A DNA stretch of 64,000 nt from an uncultured Nitrospiraceae bacterium (GTDB taxonomy: Bacteria; Nitrospirota; Nitrospiria; Nitrospirales; Nitrospiraceae): the NCBI GenBank assembly GCA_963730935.1, contig CAVSTP010000002.1, positions 512,001 through 576,000 on the forward strand, in the 5' to 3' direction. The translations under genes and the position numbers were made by a program. Positions 38,252-47,507 of this stretch are shown one piece after another (within the stretch, counting starts at the first letter, position 1; each line of letters starts with the position of its first letter). The notes under the pieces were generated by a model. The model ran no database searches, was not told where the DNA came from, and worked only from the letters and a program-made list of their open reading frames with translations.

Positions 38252-38601
38252 GCTCGAGTGTTTTAGCCGAGCCGGGCCAGGTGAACTAAACAGAGGCTTT
38301 ATGCCGCAGAAACCGCCGGAACGCTCTTCTCGTCCTCGATTAGAGACCCAAATTCACAGGCGGAAGAAGGCCAAGGCCTTTTCCCCGCTGCTTCCGGAGT
38401 GGGAACGGAAGGATCAGACCGTTCCTTCCCACCTCCGAATGGACGCAGCCCTCATGGATTCGACGGCCGGTCGGCCGAAACCGGGTCAGGGTAGGACTTC
38501 CGGGTCTTGAGGGTAGGTCCTTTGTGCGCTTGCTATCACGATAACCCCCCGTCTAAGATCCCTTTCTCCTTTGCAACTCAAGGTGTTGAAAGGTGACCTC
38601 C

Positions 38602-38994
38602 ATGAGCGGTCTTGAGTTACTTCTGGAGTATCTGACTAAGTATTTTCCGGTTCTCTTGTTTATCTTCGTCGCCCTGGCCTTCGGGGTCGTGACGCTCTTG
38701 TTGAGCTATCTGGTCCAACCGAAGTATCCGGAACCCGAGAAACTATCCGCCTACGAGTGCGGATCCGAGCCCTTTTCTGATGCCCGGATGCCGTTTCCGG
38801 TTCGCTACTATATTTTCGCCATGCTGTTCGTGATCTTTGATATCGAAGTCATTTTTCTCTATCCCTGGGCCGTGGTGTTCAACGACATCAATAAGGTCAG
38901 CATCATCGGCCTGGTCGAAATGATGATTTTCATCGCGTTGTTCGTCGTCGCCTATGTCTATGCTTGGCGCAAGGGAGCATTGGAATGGGACTGA
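38602..38994 (+). CDS. nuoA: Complex I subunit A
   Basis: [27 protein letters not shown]. Confidence 0.96.
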   Translation: MSGLELLLEYLTKYFPVLLFIFVALAFGVVTLLLSYLVQPKYPEPEKLSAYECGSEPFSDARMPFPVRYYIFAMLFVIFDIEVIFLYPWAVVFNDINKVSIIGLVEMMIFIALFVVAYVYAWRKGALEWD

Positions 38995-39512
38995 TTCATT
39001 TGGGACGTCATGACAAAGACAGCGCGCCGGACGTCATCACCACGACGGTAGAGAAAGCCGTGAATTGGGCGCGCAAGGGCTCACTCTGGCCCATGACGTT
39101 CGGGCTAGCCTGTTGCGCCATCGAAATGATTGCCGCCGTCTCGTCACGCTACGACATGGACCGCTACGGCGCCGGGGTGTTCCGCGCGTCTCCCAGGCAG
39201 TCGGATCTGATGATCGTCGCGGGAACGGTGTGCCGCCGGATGGCACCCGTCATCCGAAAGATTTACGACCAGATGCCCGAACCGAAATACGTCATCGCGA
39301 TGGGTTCGTGCGCGACCTCGGGAAACATCTACGACAGTTACAGCGTGGTGCAGGGCGTCGACCGCTTCGTCCCGGTGGATATCTACGTGCCTGGCTGTCC
39401 CCCGACTCCAGAAGCCTTGTTCGACGGTGTTCTCAAACTGCAAGAGCGCATCATGCAAAAACGTGTGTTCGTCAAGCAGCCGGAACAGGTGAAGGCGGGC
39501 CTAAAAGCCTGA
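38985..39512 (+). CDS. nuoB: Complex I subunit B
   Basis: [25 protein letters not shown]. Confidence 0.96.
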   Translation: MGLIHLGRHDKDSAPDVITTTVEKAVNWARKGSLWPMTFGLACCAIEMIAAVSSRYDMDRYGAGVFRASPRQSDLMIVAGTVCRRMAPVIRKIYDQMPEPKYVIAMGSCATSGNIYDSYSVVQGVDRFVPVDIYVPGCPPTPEALFDGVLKLQERIMQKRVFVKQPEQVKAGLKA

Positions 39513-39519
39513 GGATCCC

Positions 39520-40020
39520 ATGTCGCTTCAGCAGTTGTCCGAACGCCTTCGCGAGCATTTCACAGTGGGTTTTGTTCATTCCGTCGAGTGGCGCGGCGAT
39601 CTGGCGATCACCGTCACCAGGGACAAATTGCACGAGGTCGCCCAATTTTTGCGCGACGACCCGGCCATGGATTTCGACTATATCGTGCATGTCAGCTCGG
39701 TTGACTGGCCCGACGACGAAGAGCGGTTCGAAGTCGTCTATGAGTTTTATTCGATCAGGAAGCGGCACCGCATCCGGCTGAAGACCAGGGTGCCGGAATC
39801 AGACTGCATCGTAGATTCCCTCACCGATCTGTGGAAAGGCGCGGACTTCATGGAGCGCGAGGTCTACGATATGATGGGAATTCGTTTCCGCCGCCATCCT
39901 GATCTTCGCCGCATCCTGATGCCGGACGACTACACGGAAGGATATCCCTTGCGGAAAGATTTTCCGGTCCGCGGGAAGGGCTGGCGCGACACGTTTGAGT
40001 TTTTGGACGAAACGAGATAA
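39520..40020 (+). CDS. nuoC: Complex I subunit C
   Basis: EREVYDMMGIRF..HPDLRRILM, PLRKDFP. Confidence 0.96.
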   Translation: MSLQQLSERLREHFTVGFVHSVEWRGDLAITVTRDKLHEVAQFLRDDPAMDFDYIVHVSSVDWPDDEERFEVVYEFYSIRKRHRIRLKTRVPESDCIVDSLTDLWKGADFMEREVYDMMGIRFRRHPDLRRILMPDDYTEGYPLRKDFPVRGKGWRDTFEFLDETR

Positions 40021-40031
40021 GCACAACCACG

Positions 40032-41276
40032 ATGGCATTCGAAGATCAAAGAACCACCGTTTACAAAGTCGATCCGACCCATCCAGAGAGCGAAACGCTC
40101 CCCACGTTGCGGACAGAGGAGCTGCTGCTCAACATGGGGCCGCAGCATCCGAGCACGCACGGCGTGTTGAAGGTGATTCTGGAACTGGAAGGCGAGCGTC
40201 TCGTCAAATCGACGCCCGTCATGGGTTTCTTGCACCGCGGAGTCGAAAAGCTCGCCGAGGACGGCACCTACCATCAGTTCATTCCGCACACGGACCGGCT
40301 CGACTACGTGTGTGCCATGTACAACAACTTCGCCTACTGCCGTGCAGTTGAAAAACTCATGAACATCACGGTTCCGGATCGCGCCGAATACCTGCGCACC
40401 ATCGTCGCCGAAGTGCAGCGGATCATCGGTCACCAGTTTTGGCTGGGGACCCAGGCGCTCGACATCGGCGCGATGACGGTGTTTTTCTATTGCTTTCGGG
40501 ATCGGGAAATTCTTCTCGACTGGTTTGACGAATTGTGCGGCGCGCGGCTGACGACGAGCTGGTATCGCATCGGGGGAGTGGAGCGCGATTTCACGCCTTC
40601 ATTGTTTGCCAAGCTCAAACAATTTCTGGACTATTTTCCACCGAAGATCGACGAGTACGTCGTGTTCCTCGAAAAAAACCGCATCTGGCTCGCCCGTACC
40701 AAAGGCGTGGCTGTGATCTCCGCCGAGGACGCCGTCAGTTTCGGACTGAGCGGACCGACGCTTCGCGGTTCAGGAGTGGACTACGACTTACGGAAGGCGG
40801 AACCGTACTCGGCCTATTCGAAGTGCGAATTCAGTGTTCCGCTCGGGAAGAATGGGGATACGTACGACCGGTACTGGATCCGCGTCATGGAGCTCTACGA
40901 AAGCGTCAAGATCATCAAGCAGTGCCTCGAACAGATTCAGGACGGCTCGATCATGGCCGACGTGCCCAGCGTGACGCTGCCTCCGAAGGAGCGCGTCTTC
41001 ACGAATCTCGACTCCATGATTCAGCAGTTCAAGCTCTTTTCACAGGGCTTCAATGCTCCGCCGGGAGAAATCTACTGCGGCACCGAGGCGCACAAGGGCG
41101 AGCTCGGCTTCTACATCGTCAGCACCGGCGGCGGGAAGCCGTATCGGCTCAAGATCCGAGCGCCTTCGTTTATTCATATGGGGGCTTTCGATCACATGTC
41201 GAGAGGGTACATGATCGCTGACGCCATTACCTTGTTCGGCACCTATGACATCGTGATGGGAGAATGCGACCGGTAA
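40032..41276 (+). CDS. nuoD: Complex I subunit D
   Basis: NMGPQHPSTHGVL, HRGVEK, DRLDY, GECDR. Confidence 0.96.
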   Translation: MAFEDQRTTVYKVDPTHPESETLPTLRTEELLLNMGPQHPSTHGVLKVILELEGERLVKSTPVMGFLHRGVEKLAEDGTYHQFIPHTDRLDYVCAMYNNFAYCRAVEKLMNITVPDRAEYLRTIVAEVQRIIGHQFWLGTQALDIGAMTVFFYCFRDREILLDWFDELCGARLTTSWYRIGGVERDFTPSLFAKLKQFLDYFPPKIDEYVVFLEKNRIWLARTKGVAVISAEDAVSFGLSGPTLRGSGVDYDLRKAEPYSAYSKCEFSVPLGKNGDTYDRYWIRVMELYESVKIIKQCLEQIQDGSIMADVPSVTLPPKERVFTNLDSMIQQFKLFSQGFNAPPGEIYCGTEAHKGELGFYIVSTGGGKPYRLKIRAPSFIHMGAFDHMSRGYMIADAITLFGTYDIVMGECDR

Positions 41277-41311
41277 ACAAGCACGTCATGGAACGCAGTG
41301 TTTGAGGATCT

Positions 41312-43999
41312 ATGGGATTGAAACCCGCAACAAATCCGGATGTCGAAGCCGCGACGATTGAGTTGAACATCGACGGGAAAACCGTCACAGCCAAGGACGG
41401 CGTGTCGCTGTACGACGTGATCTCCAGTACGGGCAAGATCATTCCGGCGATGTGTTACCACTACACGTTCGATCCGTTCGGCTCCTGTGGCATGTGCCTC
41501 GTCATGCAGGAGGGCAAGAAGGCGCCGGTGCGGTCGTGCACGGCCAAGGCCACGGCCGGAATGGTCATCCGCACGGAAGGCGATGACCTCTTCCAAGCCC
41601 GGAAGAAAGCCGTGGAGAAGCATCTCTCCGTCCATCCGTTGGACTGTCCGGTCTGCGACGCCGATGGCCATTGCGAGCTGCAGGACATGGCCTTCCAGCA
41701 CGGTGTGACCAATCTGGCCAATGCCAAGCAGAAATTCATCCCCGAGGATACGCGAAGCCTCGTGCTGGATTTCAATATGAACCGTTGTATCGCCTGCGCC
41801 GAATGCATCAACGTGTGCAAGGACGTGCTGATGATCGACGCCCTACAGTTTATGAAGAAGGGCGGCTTCAACCAGGTCGTGGCGAAGGGCGACCTTCCGC
41901 TCGCTTGCGAGTTTTGCGGAGATTGCCTGGCCGTCTGTCCGGTGGGGGCGATCACGAACAAATTCTCAAAATATCTCTACAAGCCCTGGCAGATGAAAAA
42001 GACGACGACCACCTGCAACTATTGCGGGGACGGCTGTCAAATGTACGTCGAGACCAAAGACACGGAAGTCATCCGCGTGACATCACCGCTGTCCTGGAAG
42101 AACAAATGGGGCGATCGAGCCGACACGGCCAAAGGCCACGGAGGACTCTGCGTCAAGGGACGGTTCGGGTTCGAATACATCGATTCACCGACCCGCTTGA
42201 AGAGGCCGTTGTTGCGCAAGGGCAACCAACTCGTGGAGGTCCCGTGGCTGGAGGCCATGCATGCGGTCGTCGATCGGTTCGCGGACATTCGCAAGAAGCA
42301 CGGCCCCGACGCCATCGCCGGCCTGATCACGGCACGCTGCACCAATGAAGAGCTCTATCTGTTCCAAAAGCTCATGCGGGTGGCGTTCAGGACAAACAAT
42401 CTGGACAGCAGCGCCCGCTACGGGCACATGAACTTCGTGCAGGCCTCCAAGCTGGCGCTCGGAATCGGCCGCACATCGAACGATTGGGAAGATCTGACCA
42501 AAGCGAAAGCGGTCCTCGTCATCGGCTCGAATCTGACCGAGACCAATCCGCTCACCTCCGTCCGGATCAAGGAGGCCATTCGCGTCTATAAAGCGCAGGT
42601 GATGGTCTTCGATTCTGCGATCACCAATCTCGGCAAACTCGCGTCGCACCCGTACGTGATCAAGCCAGGAACAGAGGGGCTGGTCATCGACGGCCTCGTC
42701 AAGGCGACGGTTGACCTGGATCTGGTCGACGAGGAGAGCGTGAAAAAACATCCGCAAGCCTTTGCCGCACTCAAATCCGCCATTGGCTCGATTTCTCTTG
42801 GACAGGTAGCGGCCAAGACCGGCCTGACAGCCGAGCAGTTCAAAGAGGCGGCGTCGATCTTTGCGGAATCTTCACGGTCGATAATTCTCTGCGCCGAAGG
42901 CATCGTGCGGCAGCCGGACGGCTACCAGAACGTCTTGAAGTTAGTCGACCTGGCCTGGATCACCGGCAAGCTCGGACGACCCGGCTGCGGCGTCAACACC
43001 GTAACCGAAGAACCCAACGAGCAAGGTGCGGTGGACATGGGCGTGGCCCCGGAGTACCTGCCCGGCCTGGCCGCCTTCGACGATCAGACTATGCGCGACA
43101 AGCTGGCGAAGGCCTGGGACGCGACGCTGCCCACGGCGGGAAGCGGCGCACATTTGACAGAAATTCTCAAGCACTGCCGCGAAGGACAAATTCGCGCACT
43201 CTATGTCGTCGGGGAGAACCCGTTGGCCACGCTGCCGGCTTCCATGGAAGTGCGGGCCGCATTGGATCGGCTGGAGTTGTTGGTCGTCCAAGACCCGTTC
43301 CTCACGGAAACGGGACAGATGGCGCACGTCGTGCTGCCTGCCACGACCTTCGCGGAAAAGGACGGCACCTTTACCAATCTTGAGGGGCGCGTGCTTCGCG
43401 TTCGGCAAGGGATGGATGCCATCGGGGAAAGCGTGCCCGATTGGCAGATCCTGACCGCCCTGGCCAACGGCATGGGCTGCCAGTGGGAATATGAATCGGC
43501 CAACGATATCCAGTCCGAAATCATGAAGCTGCTCCCTGGTTACTACAATCTGGGGCAGCCGAAAAAAATTGCTCCCACAGCGGACCACTACCTGTCGAAC
43601 GGGTATACGGCTTCGGCGGCGGTGCGCTATAAGGCGGCCCGGTCCGAGAGCACCAGGCCGTTTACGCTGCTGATGGGACAACTGCTGTATCACTCCGGGA
43701 AACTGTCCACGCTCGCACCCGGATTGATCAAGATCGCTCCCAATACCGGCCGGATTCGCATGAACGCGGCGGACATGGAGCGTCTGGGCTTGCAGGACGG
43801 CGCCATGGTCAAGCTCACTTCTGATCGGGGCTCGCTGCAAATAGGCGTGCAAGTCGACCAGAGCGTGGCACCTCAGACGTGCTTTTTCCCAGAACACTTC
43901 AACGAACCGCCCGTGAAAGATCTCATGTCGGTCCACGTGGACGCGATCACCGGTGTGCCGTCCTTCAAGCGAACAGGCGTGACGATCGAAAAGGTGTAG
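41312..43999 (+). CDS. nuoG: Complex I subunit G, FdhA-like Fe-S protein
   Basis: 2Fe-2S N-domain, HPLDCPVC..C, two CxxCxxC, CNYCGDGC, molybdopterin-oxidoreductase fold. Confidence 0.88.
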   Translation: MGLKPATNPDVEAATIELNIDGKTVTAKDGVSLYDVISSTGKIIPAMCYHYTFDPFGSCGMCLVMQEGKKAPVRSCTAKATAGMVIRTEGDDLFQARKKAVEKHLSVHPLDCPVCDADGHCELQDMAFQHGVTNLANAKQKFIPEDTRSLVLDFNMNRCIACAECINVCKDVLMIDALQFMKKGGFNQVVAKGDLPLACEFCGDCLAVCPVGAITNKFSKYLYKPWQMKKTTTTCNYCGDGCQMYVETKDTEVIRVTSPLSWKNKWGDRADTAKGHGGLCVKGRFGFEYIDSPTRLKRPLLRKGNQLVEVPWLEAMHAVVDRFADIRKKHGPDAIAGLITARCTNEELYLFQKLMRVAFRTNNLDSSARYGHMNFVQASKLALGIGRTSNDWEDLTKAKAVLVIGSNLTETNPLTSVRIKEAIRVYKAQVMVFDSAITNLGKLASHPYVIKPGTEGLVIDGLVKATVDLDLVDEESVKKHPQAFAALKSAIGSISLGQVAAKTGLTAEQFKEAASIFAESSRSIILCAEGIVRQPDGYQNVLKLVDLAWITGKLGRPGCGVNTVTEEPNEQGAVDMGVAPEYLPGLAAFDDQTMRDKLAKAWDATLPTAGSGAHLTEILKHCREGQIRALYVVGENPLATLPASMEVRAALDRLELLVVQDPFLTETGQMAHVVLPATTFAEKDGTFTNLEGRVLRVRQGMDAIGESVPDWQILTALANGMGCQWEYESANDIQSEIMKLLPGYYNLGQPKKIAPTADHYLSNGYTASAAVRYKAARSESTRPFTLLMGQLLYHSGKLSTLAPGLIKIAPNTGRIRMNAADMERLGLQDGAMVKLTSDRGSLQIGVQVDQSVAPQTCFFPEHFNEPPVKDLMSVHVDAITGVPSFKRTGVTIEKV

Positions 44000-44009
44000 C
44001 ACAGCCCGT

Positions 44010-44597
44010 ATGACTGTCCGAACGCTCACAAGAAAATTCCTTCACGCTGCCCTCTTCTACGAGATCTGGGACGCCATGAAAGTGACGTTCAAGCACATGT
44101 TCCATAAGCCCATCACGTTCCAGTACCCGCGGGAGCAACGTGCCATCCCCGATACTCACCGCGGCGCCCTGGGCCTCCTGTGCTATGACGACGGCCGCGA
44201 GCGATGCGTTGGGTGCGATCTCTGCGAAGCCGCCTGTCCTTCTCGTTGCATCAAGGTGATCAGCGCGGAAGACCCGGACCGGCCCCTTCAGCGCTATGCC
44301 ACCGAGTTCTACATCGATATCACCAAATGCGTGTTTTGCGGCTATTGCGTCGAGGCCTGCCCCGTGAACGCCCTGGCCATGACGAAGATGTACGAGTTTT
44401 CGACGCACGACAAGCGGACGCTCATGTTCGATAAGAAACGCCTATATGATATCGGGGAGCGACACCTTGACGACGCCAAGAAATATTTGTACGCGCACAA
44501 CCAGGAAAAGAACCTCGAGGAGAGCCGTGAGTACCGCTACTATTTCCCGCAATCGGTCGTGAAACCGACCCAAGCAACGCCCAAACATCTGAGCTGA
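44010..44597 (+). CDS. nuoI: Complex I subunit I
   Basis: CVGCDLCEAACP and CVFCGYCVEACP. Confidence 0.95.
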   Translation: MTVRTLTRKFLHAALFYEIWDAMKVTFKHMFHKPITFQYPREQRAIPDTHRGALGLLCYDDGRERCVGCDLCEAACPSRCIKVISAEDPDRPLQRYATEFYIDITKCVFCGYCVEACPVNALAMTKMYEFSTHDKRTLMFDKKRLYDIGERHLDDAKKYLYAHNQEKNLEESREYRYYFPQSVVKPTQATPKHLS

Positions 44598-44604
44598 ACC
44601 CGCT

Positions 44605-45135
44605 ATGATGGTCGTGTTCTTTGCCTATTTTGCCCTGATGAGTATGGCCGCTGCCGTACTCACCGTCGCCTTGAGAAATCCGGTGCATTGCGGCCTGGCG
44701 CTCTTGGCCCTGTTGCTGCACGTGTCCGGCCTGTTTGTTCTGCTCAACGCCGAATTTCTGTGGGCCGTCCAAGTCGTGGTGTATGCCGGCGCCATTCTCG
44801 TGCTCTACCTGTTCGTGCTGATGCTGTTGAATCTCAAAACCGAGGAGCGCTACTTTCACAGTACGTATCTGTACTTTGTGGTTCCCACCGTGCTGGGTTC
44901 GCTCTACGTCCTGGCGTTGCTCTTCAAATCTCCGTATGCCGGCACGAAGGGTAATGCACCGACCAGCGCCGTGCTGCAACAGGGCGACACCTACGCGATC
45001 GGCATGAAAATGTTCAGTGATTATCTGTTGCAGTTCGAAATCGTCGGGATTTTCCTCCTGGGCGCCATCATCGGGGCAATCGTGTTGGCGAAAACACCGA
45101 AACCGATCGGCGGACGAGCGAATGGTGACCTGTGA
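44605..45135 (+). CDS. nuoJ: Complex I subunit J
   Basis: AEFL..VQV.VYAGAI.VL.LF, FE...LL.AIIGAI. Confidence 0.95.
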   Translation: MMVVFFAYFALMSMAAAVLTVALRNPVHCGLALLALLLHVSGLFVLLNAEFLWAVQVVVYAGAILVLYLFVLMLLNLKTEERYFHSTYLYFVVPTVLGSLYVLALLFKSPYAGTKGNAPTSAVLQQGDTYAIGMKMFSDYLLQFEIVGIFLLGAIIGAIVLAKTPKPIGGRANGDL

Positions 45136-45205
45136 CAAGTGATGCGTCGCAGCGGCGGCGAATCACCCACGCGTCAGCGGTAAGCCGTCATCCATCGCAA
45201 GACCT

Positions 45206-45508
45206 ATGATCCCTCTAAGCGCGTACGTTGCGGTCAGCGCCGTGCTCTTCATTACCGGTTTGCTCGGCGTGCTGATCAGGCGGAATTTCATCATCGTGCT
45301 GATGGCGGTGGAGATCATGTTGAATGCGGCGAACATCAACCTCGTCGCCTTTTCCCATTATCTCGAGTCCATGGCCGGCCAGCTGGTTGCGCTGTTCGTC
45401 ATCGCCATCGCGGCGGGAGAGGCCGCCGTGGGACTCGCCATTATCATCGTCGTCTTCCGTGGGAAAATTTCCACGAATGTCGACGAGATGAATCTGTTGA
45501 AATGGTGA
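45206..45508 (+). CDS. nuoK: Complex I subunit K
   Basis: RRN..LMAVEIMLNA, AAGEAAVGLA. Confidence 0.96.
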   Translation: MIPLSAYVAVSAVLFITGLLGVLIRRNFIIVLMAVEIMLNAANINLVAFSHYLESMAGQLVALFVIAIAAGEAAVGLAIIIVVFRGKISTNVDEMNLLKW

Positions 45509-45527
45509 GGAGGTGCCGCAGGCTGAC

Positions 45528-47495
45528 ATGACTGATCTCCTGATCAAGCTGATTCCCGTCTTCCCGCTGCTGGCCGTCATCGCCAACGGCGTCTTCGGCC
45601 GCTATCTCTGGTCGCACGAGTGGGCTCACCGTCTGGCGTGGGGATCGGTTGGCCTCTCGTTCCTCTGCACCATCGGCGTGTTTAGCGACGTCCTGCACAG
45701 TGGAACGGCGCGCGAAGTCGTCGCCTACCCGTGGATTTTCGGCGGGGACCTCACGATCAACATGGCCTTCCTCGTGGATCCGCTCACCTGCGTCATGCTC
45801 CTCGTGGTGACGGGAGTAGGCTTCCTCATCCACGTGTATTCGGTCGGCTACATGCACGGTGAAGAGGGATTCACGCGCTTCTTCACGTACATGAACCTCT
45901 TCATGGTCTCGATGCTGCTGTTGGTGATGGGCAACAACTACGCGGTGCTCTTCATTGGCTGGGAAGGTGTCGGCCTCTGCTCCTATCTCTTGATCGGCTA
46001 CTACTATGACAAGGTGTCGGCGGCCAAGGCAGCGACGAAGGCCTTTGTCGTCAATCGCATCGGCGACGCCGGGTTCCTGCTGGCGATCTTCCTGGTCTTT
46101 ATTAATTTCAAGACACTCGACTATACGAAAGTTTTCGCCCAGGTCGGCCACTTGTCGCCCGAGATGGCCACCGCCATCTCGTTATGCCTCCTGGTCGGGG
46201 CCGTCGGCAAATCGGCGCAGATTCCGCTCTATACGTGGCTGCCGGATGCGATGGAAGGCCCCACGCCCGTCAGCGCGCTCATCCATGCCGCCACGATGGT
46301 CACGGCCGGCGTCTACATGATTGTGCGCAACCATCTCATTTTCGATCTCTCGCCCGTCGCCTTGGGCGTCGTCGGCGTGATCGGCGGCGTCACGGCGCTC
46401 TTTGCCGCGACGATCGGTCTCGTGCAAAACGACATCAAGCGGGTGCTGGCCTATTCGACGGTCAGCCAACTCGGCTATATGTTCCTCGGCGCCGGCATCG
46501 GCGCCTATACGGCTGCGATATTCCATTTGATGACCCATGCGTTCTTTAAAGCCCTGTTGTTTCTGTCGGCCGGCTCGGTCATCCATGCCTTGTCCGGTGA
46601 GCAAGACATCAGGAAAATGGGCGGCCTCAGCCACAAGATTCCCTGGACCCATAAGCTGTTCTTCATCGGCACGATCGCCATCGCCGGGATCCCGCCCTTC
46701 GCGGGATTTTGGAGCAAAGACGAGATCATGGCCCATGCCTTTACCCATCATCACTACGTGCTCTACGGCATGGCCGCCATCGGCGCTCTTCTGACCTCTT
46801 TCTACATGTTTCGCCTGACTTATTTGACGTTCTACGGCAAGTCCCGCATGGACCACCACACCGAGGAACATGTCCATGAATCCCCGATGGTCATGATCGG
46901 TCCGTTGATGGTCCTTGGTCTGCTGTCGCTCGCCGGCGGATTCATCGGCTTTCCGCCGGACCACGGCTGGCTGCACGATTTCTTGGCTCCGGCGGCCGGC
47001 GCCAGCGGCGAACATGAGGTCAGTACCGGCCTGGTCCTCTCCCTCATGATGATCGCCAGCGGCATCGCCCTCTTCGGCTGGGCCTTGGCCCATTATCTGT
47101 ACAGCGTGAATCCGACCGCCCCGGACCGATGGGCAACGAAGGCGGGGGTCCTGTATAAGACGCTCATGAACAAATATTACATCGACGAACTGTTCGATCT
47201 CCTCATCGTCGAGCCGACCAAGAAACTGGGACTGGCGCTCGACTGGTTCGATCGCGTCGTCCTCGACGGTATCGTCCGCGCAGTCGGGCATATGGCCGAA
47301 TTGGGCGCAGCCGGCTCCACCTGGGTGGAAAAGCATGTGATTTACGGCGGCATCAACGTCGTCGGGTATGGCAACCATCTGATGGCCAAGCAGTGGCGTC
47401 AATTGCAGAGCGGGATGGTGCACCACTACGCGGCGATCATCGTGGCCGGACTATTTTTGCTTGCGGTGGTGATTCAACTGATTGTGCAGCGGTAG
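45528..47495 (+). CDS. nuoL: Complex I subunit L with lengthened amphipathic helix
   Basis: GWEGVG, GKSAQ.PL..WLPDAMEGPTPVSALIHAATMV, HAFFKALLF. Confidence 0.96.
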   Translation: MTDLLIKLIPVFPLLAVIANGVFGRYLWSHEWAHRLAWGSVGLSFLCTIGVFSDVLHSGTAREVVAYPWIFGGDLTINMAFLVDPLTCVMLLVVTGVGFLIHVYSVGYMHGEEGFTRFFTYMNLFMVSMLLLVMGNNYAVLFIGWEGVGLCSYLLIGYYYDKVSAAKAATKAFVVNRIGDAGFLLAIFLVFINFKTLDYTKVFAQVGHLSPEMATAISLCLLVGAVGKSAQIPLYTWLPDAMEGPTPVSALIHAATMVTAGVYMIVRNHLIFDLSPVALGVVGVIGGVTALFAATIGLVQNDIKRVLAYSTVSQLGYMFLGAGIGAYTAAIFHLMTHAFFKALLFLSAGSVIHALSGEQDIRKMGGLSHKIPWTHKLFFIGTIAIAGIPPFAGFWSKDEIMAHAFTHHHYVLYGMAAIGALLTSFYMFRLTYLTFYGKSRMDHHTEEHVHESPMVMIGPLMVLGLLSLAGGFIGFPPDHGWLHDFLAPAAGASGEHEVSTGLVLSLMMIASGIALFGWALAHYLYSVNPTAPDRWATKAGVLYKTLMNKYYIDELFDLLIVEPTKKLGLALDWFDRVVLDGIVRAVGHMAELGAAGSTWVEKHVIYGGINVVGYGNHLMAKQWRQLQSGMVHHYAAIIVAGLFLLAVVIQLIVQR

Positions 47496-47507
47496 AACGA
47501 CGACACC

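Noticed and set aside
38214..38510. 98-aa ORF upstream of nuoA
   Set aside because: TTG start overlaps the predicted promoter and the product is unrecognisable; better explained as UTR, though a leader peptide is not excluded.
41312..43999. Formate dehydrogenase alpha subunit call
   Set aside because: Catalytic Cys/Sec position is Gly and the gene lies within the nuo cluster.
45125..45205. Short GTGAC-like repeats between nuoJ and nuoK
   Set aside because: Too degenerate to define a unit.
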